A program made the position numbers and the translations under genes. Shown here in pieces: positions 1-13,752 of a stretch of DNA of 64,000 bases. The notes under the pieces were generated by a model. That model was not told the origin of the DNA. It did no database searches and worked only from the letters and a program-made list of their open reading frames with translations. Each line of letters opens with the position of its first letter. The stretch's first letter is position 1. The DNA comes from the human T2T-CHM13v2.0 reference genome, Homo sapiens: assembly GCF_009914755.1 (NCBI RefSeq), contig NC_060939.1; one strand, written 5' to 3'.

Positions 1-655
1 TGCCAGGCTGACATTTGCATCGGTGGGCGTCAGGCCTCACTCGGGGGCCACCGTTTTTGAAGATGGGGGCGGCACGGTCCCACTTCCCCGGAGGCAGCTT
101 GGGCCGATGGCATAGCCCCTTGACCCGCGTGGGCAAGCGGGCGGGTCTGCAGTTGTGAGGCTTTTCCCCCCGCTGCTTCCCGCCTCAGGCCTCCCTCCCT
201 AGGAAAGCTTCACCCTGGCTGGGTCTCGGTCACCTTTTATCACGATGTTTTAGTTTCTCCGCCCTCCGGCCAGCAGAGTTTCACAATGCGAAGGGCGCCA
301 CGGCTCTAGTCTGGGCCTTCTCAGTACTTGCCCAAAATAGAAACGCTTTCTGAAAACTAATAACTTTGCTCACTTAAGATTTCCAGGGACGGCGCCTTGG
401 CCCGTGTTTGTTGGCTTGTTTTGTTTCGTTCTGTTTTGTTTTGTTCGTGTTTTTCCTTTCTCGTATGTCTTTCTTTTCAGGTGAAGTAGAAATCCCCAGT
501 TTTCAGGAAGACGTCTATTTTCCCCAAGACACGTTAGCTGCCGTTTTTTCCTGTTGTGAACTAGCGCTTTTGTGACTCTCTCAACGTGCAGTGAGAGCCG
601 GTTGATGTTTACTATCCTTCATCATGACATCTTATTTTCTAGAAATCCGTAGGCG

Positions 656-745
656 AATGCTGCTGCTGCTCTTGTTGCTGTTGTTGTTGTTGTTGTTGTC
701 GTCGTTGCTGTTGTCGTTGTCGTTGTTGTTGTCGTTGTCGTTGTT
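656..745 (+). repeat. (GCT)/(GTT)/(GTC) trinucleotide microsatellite
   Basis: tgctgctgct...gttgttgttgtcgtcgttg; repeated at ~44,605-44,694. Confidence 0.9.
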
Positions 746-829
746 TTCAAAGTATACCCCGGCCACCGTTTATGGGATCAAAAGCATTATAAAATATGTG
801 TGATTATTTCTTGAGCACGCCCTTCCTCC

Positions 830-1418
830 CCCTCTCTCTGTCTCTCTGTCTGTCTCTGTCTCTCTCTTTCTCTGTCTGTCTTCTCTCTCTCTCTCTCTCT
901 GTGTCTCTCTCTCTCTGCCTGTCTGTTTCTCTCTCTCTGCCTCTCTCTCTCTCTCTCTCTCTGCCTGTCTCTCTCACTGTGTCTGTCTTCTGTCTTACTC
1001 CCTTTCTCTGTCTGTCTGTCGGTCTCTCTCTCTCTCTCTCCCTGTCTGTATGTTTCTCTCTGTCTCTGTCTCTCTCTCTCTTTCTGTTTCTCTCTCTCCG
1101 TCTCTGTCTTTCTCTGACTGTCTCTCTCTTTCCTTCTCTCTGTCTCTCTCTGCCTGTCTCTCTCACTCTGTCTTCTGTCTTACTCTCTCTCTCTGCCTGC
1201 CTGTCTCTCTCACTCTCTCTCTCTGTGTGTCTCTCTCTCTCTTTCTGTTTCTCTCTGTCTCTCTGTCCGTCTCTGTCTTTCTCTGTCTGTCTCTTTGTCT
1301 GTCTGTCTTTGTCTTTCCTTCTCTCTGTCTCTGTCTCTCTCACTGTGTCTGTCTTCTGTCTTAGTCTCTCTCTCTCTCTCTCCCTGTCTGTCTGTCTCTC
1401 TCTCTCTCTCCCCCTGTC

Positions 1419-1463
<45 letters not shown>

Positions 1464-1736
1464 TTGTCTTTCTTTCTGTCTCTGTCTCTCTCTCTCTCTC
1501 TGTGTGTCTGTCTTCTGTCTTACTGTCTTTCTCTGCCTGTCTGTCTGTCTGTCTCTCTCTGTCTGTCTCTCTCTCTCTCTCCCCCCTGTCGGCTGTTTCT
1601 CTGTCTCTGTCTGTGTCTCTCTTTCTGTCTGTTTCTCTCTGTCTGTCTTTCTCTCTCTGTCTCTTTCTCTCTGTCTCTCTGTCTGTCTCTGTCTCTCTCT
1701 CTGTCTCTCTCTCTCTGTGGGGGGGTGTGTGTGTGT

Positions 1737-1773
<37 letters not shown>

Positions 1774-2024
1774 TGCCTTCTGTCTTACTCTCTTTCTCTG
1801 CCTGTCTGTCTGCCTGTCTGTTTGTCTCTCTCTCTCTGCCTGTCTCTCTCCCTTCCTGTCTGTTTCTCTCTCTTTCTGTTTCTCTCTGTCTCTGTCCATC
1901 TCTGTCTTTCTCCGTCTGTCTCTTTATCTGTCTCTCTCCGTCTGTCTCTTTATCTGTCTCTCTCTCTCTTTCTGTCTTTCTCTCTCTGTGTATCGTTGTC
2001 TCTCTCTGTCTGTCTCTGTCTCTG

Positions 2025-2057
<33 letters not shown>

Positions 2058-2090
2058 GTCTGTCTGTCCGTCTGTCTGTCTCGGTCTCTG
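830..2090 (+). repeat. Pyrimidine-rich (CT)/(CTGT)n tract with an internal (GT)n at ~1,725-1,772
   Basis: Direct reading; second copy at 44,779-46,039. Confidence 0.95.
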
Positions 2091-3400
2091 GCTCTCGCTA
2101 TCTCCCGCCCTCTCTTTTTTTGCAAAAGAAGCTCAAGTACATCTAATCTAATCCCTTACCAAGGCCTGAATTCTTCACTTCTGACATCCCAGATTTGATC
2201 TCCCTACAGAATGCTGTACAGAACTGGCGAGTTGATTTCTGGACTTGGATACCTCATAGAAACTACATATGAATAAAGATCCAATCCTAAAATCTGGGGT
2301 GGCTTCTCCCTCGACTGTCTCGAAAAATCGTACCTCTGTTCCCCTAGGATGCCGGAAGAGTTTTCTCAATGTGCATCTGCCCGTGTCCTAAGTGATCTGT
2401 GACCGAGCCCTGTCCGTCCTGTCTCAAATATGTACGTGCAAACACTTCTCTCCATTTCCACAACTACCCACGGCCCCTTGTGGAACCACTGGCTCTTTGA
2501 AAAAAATCCCAGAAGTGGTTTTGGCTTTTTGGCTAGGAGGCCTAAGCCTGCTGAGAACTTTCCTGCCCAGGATCCTGTGTGACCAAAAGTGCCTCTGCTG
2601 GGAGCTGGGATCCTCGGGACCATGCTTGCTAGCGCTGGATGAGTCTCTGGAAGGACGCACGGGACTCCGCAAAGCTGACCTGTCCCACCGAGGTCAAATG
2701 GATACCTCTGCATTGGCCCGAGGCCTCCGAAGTACATCACCGTCACCAACCGTCACCGTCAGCATCCTTGTGAGCCTGCCCAAGGCCCCGCCTCCGGGGA
2801 GACTCTTGGGAGCCCGGCCTTCGTCGGCTAAAGTCCAAAGGGATGGTGACTTCCACCCACAAGGTCCCCACTGAACGGCGAAGATGTGGAGCGTAGGTCA
2901 GAGAGGGGACCAGGAGGGGAGACGTCCCGACAGGCGACGAGTTCCCAAGGCTCTGGCCACCCCACCCACGCCCCACGCCCCACGTCCCGGGCACCCGCGG
3001 GACACCGCCGCTTTATCCCCTCCTCTGTCCACAGCCGGCCCCACCCCACCACGCAACCCACGCACACACGCTGGAGGTTCCAAAACCACACGGTGTGACT
3101 AGAGCCTGACGGAGCGAGAGCCCATTTCACGAGGTGGGAGGGGTGGGGGTGGGGTGGGTTGGGGGTTGTGGGGTCTGTGGCGAGCCCGATTCTCCCTCTT
3201 GGGTGGCTACAGGCTAGAAATGAATATCGCTTCTTGGGCGGAGGGGCTTCCTTAGGCCATCACCGCTTGCGGGACTACCTCTCAAACCCTCCCTTGAGGC
3301 CACAAAATAGATTCCACCCCACCCATCGACGTTTCCCCCGGGTGCTGGATGTATCCTGTCAAGAGACCTGAGCCTGACACCGTCGAATTAAACACCTTGA

Positions 3401-3634
<234 letters not shown>

Positions 3635-3663
3635 TAGATTCGAGCCACACCTCATTCCGTGCC

Positions 3664-6600
3664 ACAGAGAGACTTCTTTTTTTTTTTTTTTTTAAGCGCA
3701 ACGCAACATGTCTGCCTTATTTGAGTGGCTTCCTATATCATTATAATTGTGTTATAGATGAAGAAACGGTATTAAACACTGTGCTAATGATAGTGAAAGT
3801 GAAGACAAAAGAAAGGCTATCTATTTTGTGGTTAGAATAAAGTTGCTCAGTATTTAGAGCTACCTAAATACGTCAGCATTTACACTCTTCCTAGTAAAAG
3901 CTGGCCAATCTGAATAATCCTCCTTTAAACAAACACAATTTTTGATAGGGTTAAGATTTTTTTAAGAATGCGACTCCTGCAAAATAGCTGAACAGACGAT
4001 ACACATTTAAAAAAATAACAACACAAGGATCAACCAGACTTGGGAAAAAATCGAAAACCACACAAGTCTTATGAAGAACTGAGTTCTTAAAATAGGACGG
4101 AGAACGTAGCTATCGGAAGAGAAGGCAGTATTGGCAAGTTGATTGTTACGTTGGTCAGCAGTAGCTGGCACTATCTTTTTGGCCATCTTTCGGGCAATGT
4201 AACTACTACAGCAAAATGAGATATGATCCATGAAACAACATATTCGCAAATCAAAAAGTGTTTCAGTAATATAATGCTTCAGATTTAGAAGCAAATCAAA
4301 TGATAGAACTCCACTGCTGTAATAAGTCACCCCAAAGATCACCGTATCTGACAAAATAACTACCACAGGGTTATGACTTCAGAATCATACTTTCTCTTGA
4401 TATTTACTTATGTATGTATTTATTTTTTTTAATTTATTTCTCTTGAGACGGCGTCTCGCTCTGTCGCCCAGGCTGGAGTGCGATGGTGTGATCTCGGCTC
4501 ACTGCAACCGCCACCTCCCTGGGTTCAAGCGATTCTCCTGCCTCAGCCTCCCGAGTAGCTGGGACTACAGGTGCCCGCCACCACGCCCAGCTAATCTTTA
4601 TACTTTTAATAGAGACGGGGTTTCACCGTGTCGGCCCGGATGGTCTCGATCTCTTGACCTCGTGACCCGCCCGCCTCGGCCTCCCAAAGTGCTGGGATGA
4701 CAGGCGTGAGCCACTGAGCCCGGCCTTCTCTTGACGTTTAAACTATGAAGTCAGTCCAGAGAAACGCAATAAATGTCAACGGTGAGGATGGTGTTGAGGC
4801 AGAAGTAGGACCACACTTTTTCCTATCTTATTCAGTTGATAACAATATGACCTAGGTAGTAATTTCCTATGTGCCTACTTATACACGAGTACAAAAGAGT
4901 AAAACAGAGAGACTGCTAAATTAAAGGGTACGTGAAGTTCTTCATAGTAACTCCGTAAACTGGAACACTGTCAAAAAGCAGCAGCTAGTGAATTGTTTCC
5001 ATGTATTTTTCTATGATCCAATAAGTGAACTATGCTATTCCTTTCCAGTCTCCCAAGCACTTCTTGTCCCCATCACCACTTCGGTGCTCGAAGAAAAAGT
5101 AACAAATCAAGGAACACAACTAAAGAAACACACACACAAACCAAAGACAACTACAGCGTCTGCAAAAGTTTGCTAGAAGACTGAAACTGTTGAGTATAAG
5201 GATCTGGTATTCTACGATGATCATGAGTTCACTTCAGAGTTTGTTCAAGACATACGTTTCGTAAGGAAACATCTTAGTTAGAAGTTATTCAGCAGTAGGT
5301 ACCATCCCTAAGTATTTTTCACCAAATTCGTGACAATAAAGAGCTATCTAACCAGAAAAATTAGCGAGTACCGGCACCATCCATAGGGCTTTGTCTTTAC
5401 GCTTCATTAGCACTTACCATGCCTTACAATGTCTAGGATTGACCCTGATAGCATTTCGAAAACAAGCTAATGCTTTGTCCAGTTCTTCAGTGAAGACAAG
5501 CTCACGCCCTAATGCGCTATAGGCATAAGCATCATTTGGATCCACTTCGAGAGTTCTCTGGAAGAATTGAATCGCAATATCGTGTTCCCGTTGCAGACCG
5601 AAACAGTTCCCTGCAGCACACCAGGCCTCTGGCTGGCGAATTTTTATCCATGTCTGTGAAGTCTTTGGACAGAACTGAAAGAGCAACCTCTTTCGGAGGA
5701 TGCCAAAGTGTTGTAGAGTAGATCTCCATGCCTTCGACTCTGTAATTCTCAATCCTCCTAACCTCTGAGAATTGTCTTTCAGCTTGCGTGGACTCTGAAA
5801 GTTTACAATAGGCCCTTCCGATTTGGCACAGTACCCAACCGGTATTGCAGTGGTGAGAAGCTAGATGGCTCAAGATGCTGATAGCTTCTTTGCCGTGGTA
5901 AGAACACAAAGCTAAATAACCTTTCCCCCTTTCACGAAGAAGGCTCATCAAGCCTTCCGCTGCTGCTTTTTGTAGATTAAAAGCCTGAATCTGAGGCGCG
6001 ATTGCGGCTATTTTCCCTTCTGAAATGACGGAAGAGTCCAATTTTGTCACTTCCAGGCTATCACTTATGTTCGGTGGAGTTATTGCTCCTTTATTAGTTT
6101 TACTTTTGGTTCTTCTGTTTGGGATTTTAGGTGGAAACTTCATTTTTAATTTTCTCCTATTCTCCTCGGTTGTGGAGCTGTCACTAGTCAAGAGTCGTGA
6201 ATTTCTTCGAGGCGGTGCATTTGGGGGAGATGCCATAGTGGGGCTCAATACCTGAGGTGTTGCCCTTGTCGGCGGACCAGAACTTTGTGTTTTTGCAAGG
6301 ACTGGAGTTACCTTTCGGCTCTTTCCCCTCTGCGAGAAGACAGACGGTGTTCCGGTTTGGCCGATTCTGGCAACAGGCTTTTCTGAAGGGGCTCCGGTGG
6401 ATGGCACGTCAATGACAGACGGTGTCTCATACCAGTGCAGTTTTGTCAATAGGGTCCGTCTCCGGGACTTGGGGTTTCTAATGGCAAAATGCCAACACTT
6501 GGGGTTAATGGACTAACAGCTGCTGGTCCTCCTAATAAACTTCGACCAGTTTTTGGTTTATGTTGAACCTGTTTAGATCATATGGAAGTTCCTGTTCCCA

Positions 6601-7494
6601 GTGGGACAGTATCAGGTGAAAGGACAGCTGAATCGATAGAAGACACTGGGGAGTCTGTATTCAAGGAGTACTTTGAATTGGAAGATTCTAAATTCCATCC
6701 GTTTCATTCGACGGTGTCCTGGGGTGTTTCCGTAAGAACGGTCTCGGGCTGTCTGTGACATAAACTAGGACGAGGTCCAAGTGTTGTGGCGCAACACTTG
6801 GACAGGCAGTTGCTAAAGCTCTCTAGAGAGGTGAATCAAAATGTTTGGTCAGGATCTGGCTTTTCCCCCCTATTTCACATCATGATTCAAAGGGACACCA
6901 GAGGAAAGGATTTCAACGAAGGCTCTTTTGGTCACATTCTGATCCTTTGGTAAGCCGATCTGTCTTGCAATATACATGTCCCGACGATGGAAGGGGAAAG
7001 CGAGCTGAATCACCAAACTCAGGAACGATAATATCATCGTGGCTTTTCTGCTTATGAAACACTCCACCCGATAAGATTTGATCCCCTTCTGCAAGCTTGC
7101 TGAGATCAACACAACATTTCGCAAGCAGGCATTTGCATTGCGGGGTAGTACAACTGTGTCCTTTCAAGAGTCTATATGTTTTATAGGCCTTTCCTGAGCG
7201 GTAAGAACAGGTCGCCAGTAAGAACAAGGCTTCTTCTGAGTGTACTTCTGCATAAAGGCGTTCTGCGGGGGAAACCGCATCTCGGTAGGCATAGTGGTTT
7301 AGTGCTTGCCATATAGCAGCCTGGACGGGTCCCTGCAGCACCGCCATCCTCGAGGCTCAGGCCCACTTTCTGCAGTGCCACAGGCACCCCCCCCCCCCCC
7401 CATAGCGGCTCCGGCCCGGCCAGCCTCGGCTCATTTAAAGGCACCAGCCGCCGTTACCGGGGGATGGGGGAGTCCGAGACAGAATGACTTCTTT
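3664..7494 (-). pseudogene. CDC27P: CDC27 (APC3) processed pseudogene: 5'UTR, disrupted CDS 7,347-5,418, then an intron-like 3' extension and poly(A)
   Basis: ORF fragments MAVLQGPVQAAIWQALNHYAYRDA..., ...QIQAFNLQKAAAEGLMSLLRE... and ...REHDIAIQFFQR...FRNAIRVNPRH match CDC27 with frameshifts and no introns. A CDC27 pseudogene in the human IGS is established; the outer boundaries are inferred from the candidate TSD. Confidence 0.93.
4407..4725 (-). mobile_element. Alu (AluY-like) nested in the CDC27 retrocopy 3' extension
   Basis: Full dimer; candidate TSD TTCTCTTGATATTTA (4,392-4,406) / TTCTCTTGACGTTTA (4,726-4,740). Confidence 0.92.
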
Positions 7495-8003
7495 ATCCTG
7501 CTGACTCTGGAAAGCCCGGCGCCTTGTGATCCATTGCAAACCGAGAGTCACCTCGTGTTTAGAACACGGATCCACTCCCAAGTTCAGTGGGGGGATGTGA
7601 GGGGTGTGGCAGGTAGGACGAAGGACTCTCTTCCTTCTGATTCGGTCTGCACAGTGGGGCCTAGGGCTGGAGCTCTCTCCGTGCGGACCGCTGACTCCCT
7701 CTACCTTGGGTTCCCTCGGCCCCACCCTGGAACGCCGGGCCTTGGCAGATTCTGGCCCTTCCTGGCCCTTCAGTCGCTGTCAGAAACCCCATCTCATGCT
7801 CGGATGCCCCGAGTGACTGTGGCTCGCACCTCTCCGGAAACATTGGAAATCTCTCCTCTACGCGCGGCCACCTGAAACCACAGGAGCTCGGGACACACGT
7901 GCTTTCGGGAGAGAATGCTGAGAGTCTCTTGCCGACTCTCTCTTGACTTGAGTTCTTCGTGGGTGCGTGGTTAAGACGTAGTGAGACCAGATGTATTAAC
8001 TCA

Positions 8004-8170
8004 GGCCGGGTGCTGGTGGCTCACGCCTGTAACCCCAACACTTTGGGAGGCCGAGGCCGTAGGATCCCTCGAGGAATCGCCTAACCCTGGGGAGGTTGAG
8101 GTTGCAGTGAGTGAGCCATAGTTGTGTCACTGTGCTCCAGTCTGGGCGAAAGACAGAATGAGGCCCTGCC
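8004..8170 (+). mobile_element. Alu monomer or internally deleted Alu
   Basis: ggccgggtgctggtggctcacgcctgtaacccc...gaggttgcagtgag...tccagtctgggcga. Confidence 0.8.
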
Positions 8171-8268
8171 ACAGGCAGGCAGGCAGGCAGGCAGGCAGAA
8201 AGACAACAGCTGTATTATGTTCTTCTCAGGGTAGGAAGCAAAAATAACAGAATACAGCACTTAATTAA

Positions 8269-8568
<300 letters not shown>

Positions 8569-8573
8569 CTACG

Positions 8574-8966
<393 letters not shown>

Positions 8967-9022
8967 TATTTATCTATTTATTAACTTTGAGTCCAGGTTA
9001 TGAAACCAGTTAGTTTTTGTAA

Positions 9023-9149
9023 TTTTTTTTTTTTTTTTTTTTTTTTGAGACGAGGTTTCACCGTGTTGCCAAGGCTTGGACCGAGGGATCCACCGGCCCT
9101 CGGCCTCCCAAAAGTGCGGGGATGACAGGCGCGAGCCTACCGCGCCCGG
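9023..9149 (-). mobile_element. Alu left-monomer fragment
   Basis: T-run then gagacgaggtttcaccgtgttgcc...cctcggcctcccaaa...cgcgcccgg. Confidence 0.8.
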
Positions 9150-9694
9150 ACCCCCCCTTTCCCCTTCCCCCGCTTGTCTTCCCGACAGACAGTTTCACGG
9201 CAGAGCGTTTGGCTGGCGTGCTTAAACTCATTCTAAATAGAAATTTGGGACGTCAGCTTCTGGCCTCACGGACTCTGAGCCGAGGAGTCCCCTGGTCTGT
9301 CTATCACAGGACCGTACACGTAAGGAGGAGAAAAATCGTAACGTTCAAAGTCAGTCATTTTGTGATACAGAAATACACGGATTCACCCAAAACACAGAAA
9401 GCAGTCTTTTAGAAATGGCCTTAGCCCTGGTGTCCGTGCCAGTGATTCTTTTCGGTTTGGACCTTGACTGAGAGGATTCCCAGTCGGTCTCTCGTCTCTG
9501 GACGGAAGTTCCAGATGATCCGATGGGTGGGGGACTTAGGCTGCGTCCCCCCAGGAGCCCTGGTCGATTAGTTGTGGGGATCGCCTTGGAGGGCGCGGTG
9601 ACCCACTGTGCTGTGGGAGCCTCCATCCTTCCCCCCACCCCCTCCCCAGGGGATCCCAATTCATTCCGGGCTGACACGCTCACTGGCAGGCGTC

Positions 9695-9713
9695 GGGCAT
9701 CACCTAGCGGTCA
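9695..9713 (-). promoter_or_regulatory. CTCF motif about 4.9 kb upstream of the TSS
   Basis: Minus strand TGACCGCTAGGTGATGCCC resembles the CTCF core; second copy at 53,644-53,662. Confidence 0.6.
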
Positions 9714-9954
9714 CTGTTACTCTGAAAACGGAGGCCTCACAGAGGAAGGGAGCACCAGGCCGCCTGCGCACAGCCTGGGGCAACTGTGTCTTCTCCACCG
9801 CCCCCGCCCCCACCTCCAAGTTCCTCCCTCCCTTGTTGCCTAGGAAATCGCCACTTTGACGACCGGGTCTGATTGACCTTTGATCAGGCAAAAACGAACA
9901 AACAGATAAATAAATAAAATAACACAAAAGTAACTAACTAAATAAAATAAGTCA

Positions 9955-10102
9955 ATACAACCCATTACAATACAATAAGATACGATACGATAGGATGCGA
10001 TAGGATACGATAGGATACAATACAATACGATACGATACGATACAATACAATACAATACAATACAATACAATACAATACAATACAATACAATACAATACAA
10101 TA
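9955..10102 (+). repeat. (TACAA)n/(GATAC)n pentanucleotide repeat
   Basis: Direct reading. Confidence 0.92.
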
Positions 10103-10473
<371 letters not shown>

Positions 10474-10475
10474 TG

Positions 10476-10940
<465 letters not shown>

Positions 10941-11239
10941 TTAACTTCATTTTATGTTATTATCATGATTGATGTTTCGAGACGGAGTCTCGGAGGCCCG
11001 CCCTCCCTGGTTGCCCAGACAACCCCGGGAGACAGACCCTGGCTGGGCCCGATTGTTCTTCTCCTTGGTCAGGGGTTTCCTTGTCTTTCTTCGTGTCTTT
11101 AACCCGCGTGGACTCTTCCGCTCGGGTTTGACAGATGGCAGCTCCACTTTAGGCCTTGTTGTTGTTGGGGACTTTCCTGATTCTCCCCAGATGTAGTGAA
11201 AGCAGGTAGATTTGCCTTGCCTGGACTTGCCTGGCCTTG

Positions 11240-11606
11240 CCTTTTCTTTCTTTCTTTCTTTATTACTTTCTCTTTTTCTTCTTCTTCTTCTTCTTCTTCT
11301 TCTTCTTCTTCTTCTTTTTTTTTTTGAGACAGAGTTTCACTCTTGTTGCCCAGGCTAGAGGGCAATGGTGCGATCTCGGCTCACCGCACCCTCCGCCTCC
11401 CAGGTTCAAGCGATTCTCCTGCCTCAGCCTCCTGATTAGCTGGGATTACAGGCATGGGCCACCGTGCCTGGCTGATGTTTGTACTTTTAGTAGAGACGGT
11501 GTTTTTCCATGTTGGTCAGGCTGGTCTCCCACTCCCAACCTCAGGTGGTCCGCCTGCCTTAGCCTCCCAAAGTGCTGGGATGACAGGCGTGAGCCACCGC
11601 GCCCAG

Positions 11607-11609
<3 letters not shown>
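11240..11609 (-). mobile_element. Alu (AluSp-like) with (CTT)n tail
   Basis: gagacagagtttcactcttgttgccc...gagccaccgcgcccagcc. Confidence 0.9.
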
Positions 11610-11659
<50 letters not shown>

Positions 11660-12306
11660 CGCTTGCTTGCTTGCTTTCGTGCTTTCTTGCTTTCCCGTTT
11701 TCTTGCTTTCTTTCTTTCTTTCGTTTCTTTCATGCTTGCTTTCTTGCTTGCTTGCTTGCTTTCGTGCTTTCTTGCTTTCCTGTTTTCTTTTTCTTTCTTT
11801 CTTTCTTTCTTTCTTTTGTTTCTTTCTTGCTTGCTTTCTTGCTTGCTTGCTTGCTTTCGTGCTTTCTTGCTTTCCTGTTTTCTTTCTTTCTTTCTTTCTT
11901 TTGTTTCTTTCTTGCTTGCTTTCTTGCTTGCTTGCTTTCGTGCTTTCTTGTTTTCTCGATTTCTTTCTTTCTTTTGTTTCTTTCCTGCTTGCTTTCTTGC
12001 TTGATTGCTTTCGTGCTTTCTTGCTTTCTTGTTTTCTTTCTTTCTTTTGTTTCTTTCTTTCTTGCTTCCTTGTTTTCTTGCTTTCTTGCTTGCTTGCTTT
12101 CGTGCTTTCTTGTTTTCTTGCTTTCTTTCTTTTGTTTCTTTCTTGCTTGCTTTCTTGCTTCCTTGTTTTCTTGCTTTCTTGCTTGCTTGCTTTCGTGCTT
12201 TCTTTCTTGCTTTCTTTTCTTTCTTTCTTTTCTTTTTCTTTCTTTCTTGCTTTCTTTTCTTTCATTCATTCATTCTTTCTTTCTTTCCTTTCTTTCTTTC
12301 TTTCTT

Positions 12307-12353
<47 letters not shown>

Positions 12354-12355
12354 GT
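11610..12355 (+). repeat. (CT)n grading into a (CTTG)/(CTTT)n tract
   Basis: Direct reading; recurrent gcttgctttcgtgctttc motif. Confidence 0.92.
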
Positions 12356-12362
12356 TTCGTCC

Positions 12363-12656
<294 letters not shown>

Positions 12657-13734
12657 TGTTGACTCATTTCGCTTTTTTATTTCTTTCGTTTCCACGCGTT
12701 TACTTATATGTATTAATGTAAACGTTTCTGTACGCTTATATGCAAACAACGACAACGTGTATCTCTGCGTTGAATACTCTTGCGTATGGTAAATACGTAT
12801 CGGTTGTATGGAAATAGACTTCTGTATGATAGATGTAGGTGTTTGTGTTATACAAATAAATACACATCGCTCTATAAAGAAGGGATCGTCGATAAAGACG
12901 TTTATTTTACGTATGAAAAGCGTCGTATTTATGTGTGTAAATGAACGAGCGTACGTAGTTATCTCTGTTTTCTTTCTTCCTCTCCTTCGTGTTTTTCTTC
13001 CTTCCTTTCTTCCTTTCTCTCCTTCTTTAGGTTTTTCTTCCTCTCTTCCTTTCCTTCTTTCTCTCTTTCTGTCCTTTTTTCCTTCGTGCTTTATTTCTCT
13101 TTCGTTCCCTGTGTTTCCTTCTTTTTTCTTTCCTCTCTGTTTCTTTTTCCCTTCTTTCCTTCGTTTCTTTCCTCATTCTTTCTCTCTTTTTCGTGTTTCT
13201 TTCCTTTCCGTCTGTCTTTTAAAAAATGGAGTGTTTCAGAAGTTTACTTTGTGTATCTACGTTTTCTAAATTGTCTCTCTTTTCTCCATTTTCTTCCTCC
13301 CTCCCTCCCTCCCTCCCTCCCTGCTCCCTTCCCTCCCTCCTTCCCTTTCGCCATCTGTCTCTTTTCCCCACTCCCCTCCCCCCGTCTGTCTCTGCGTGGA
13401 TTCCGGAAGAGCCTACGCATTCTGCCTCTCCGTGTGTCTGCAGCGACCCGCGACCGAGTCCTTGTGTGTTCTTTCTCCCTCCCTCCCTCCCTCCCTCCCT
13501 CCCTCCCTCCCTGCTTCCGAGAGGCATCTCCAAACACCCACGCGCCGTGGGTTGTCTTCTGACTCTGTCGCGGTCGAGGCAGAGACGCGTTTTGGGCACC
13601 GTTTGTGTGGGGTTGGGGCAGAGGGGCTGCGTTTTCGGCCTCGGGAAGAGCTTCTCGACTCACGGTTTCGCTTTCGCGGTCCACGGGCCGCCCTGCCAGC
13701 CGGATCTGTCTCGCTGACGTCCGCGGCGGTTGTC

Positions 13735-13752
13735 GGGCTCCATCTGGCGGCC
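13735..13752 (-). promoter_or_regulatory. CTCF motif at about -900, upstream boundary of the rDNA promoter region
   Basis: Minus strand GGCCGCCAGATGGAGCCC; the position fits the known CTCF site upstream of the human rDNA promoter. Second copy at 57,684-57,701. Confidence 0.72.

Noticed and set aside
5414-7347. Functional CDC27 gene
   Set aside because: Frameshifts split the homology across frames, the C-terminus is missing, and it shows retrocopy hallmarks.
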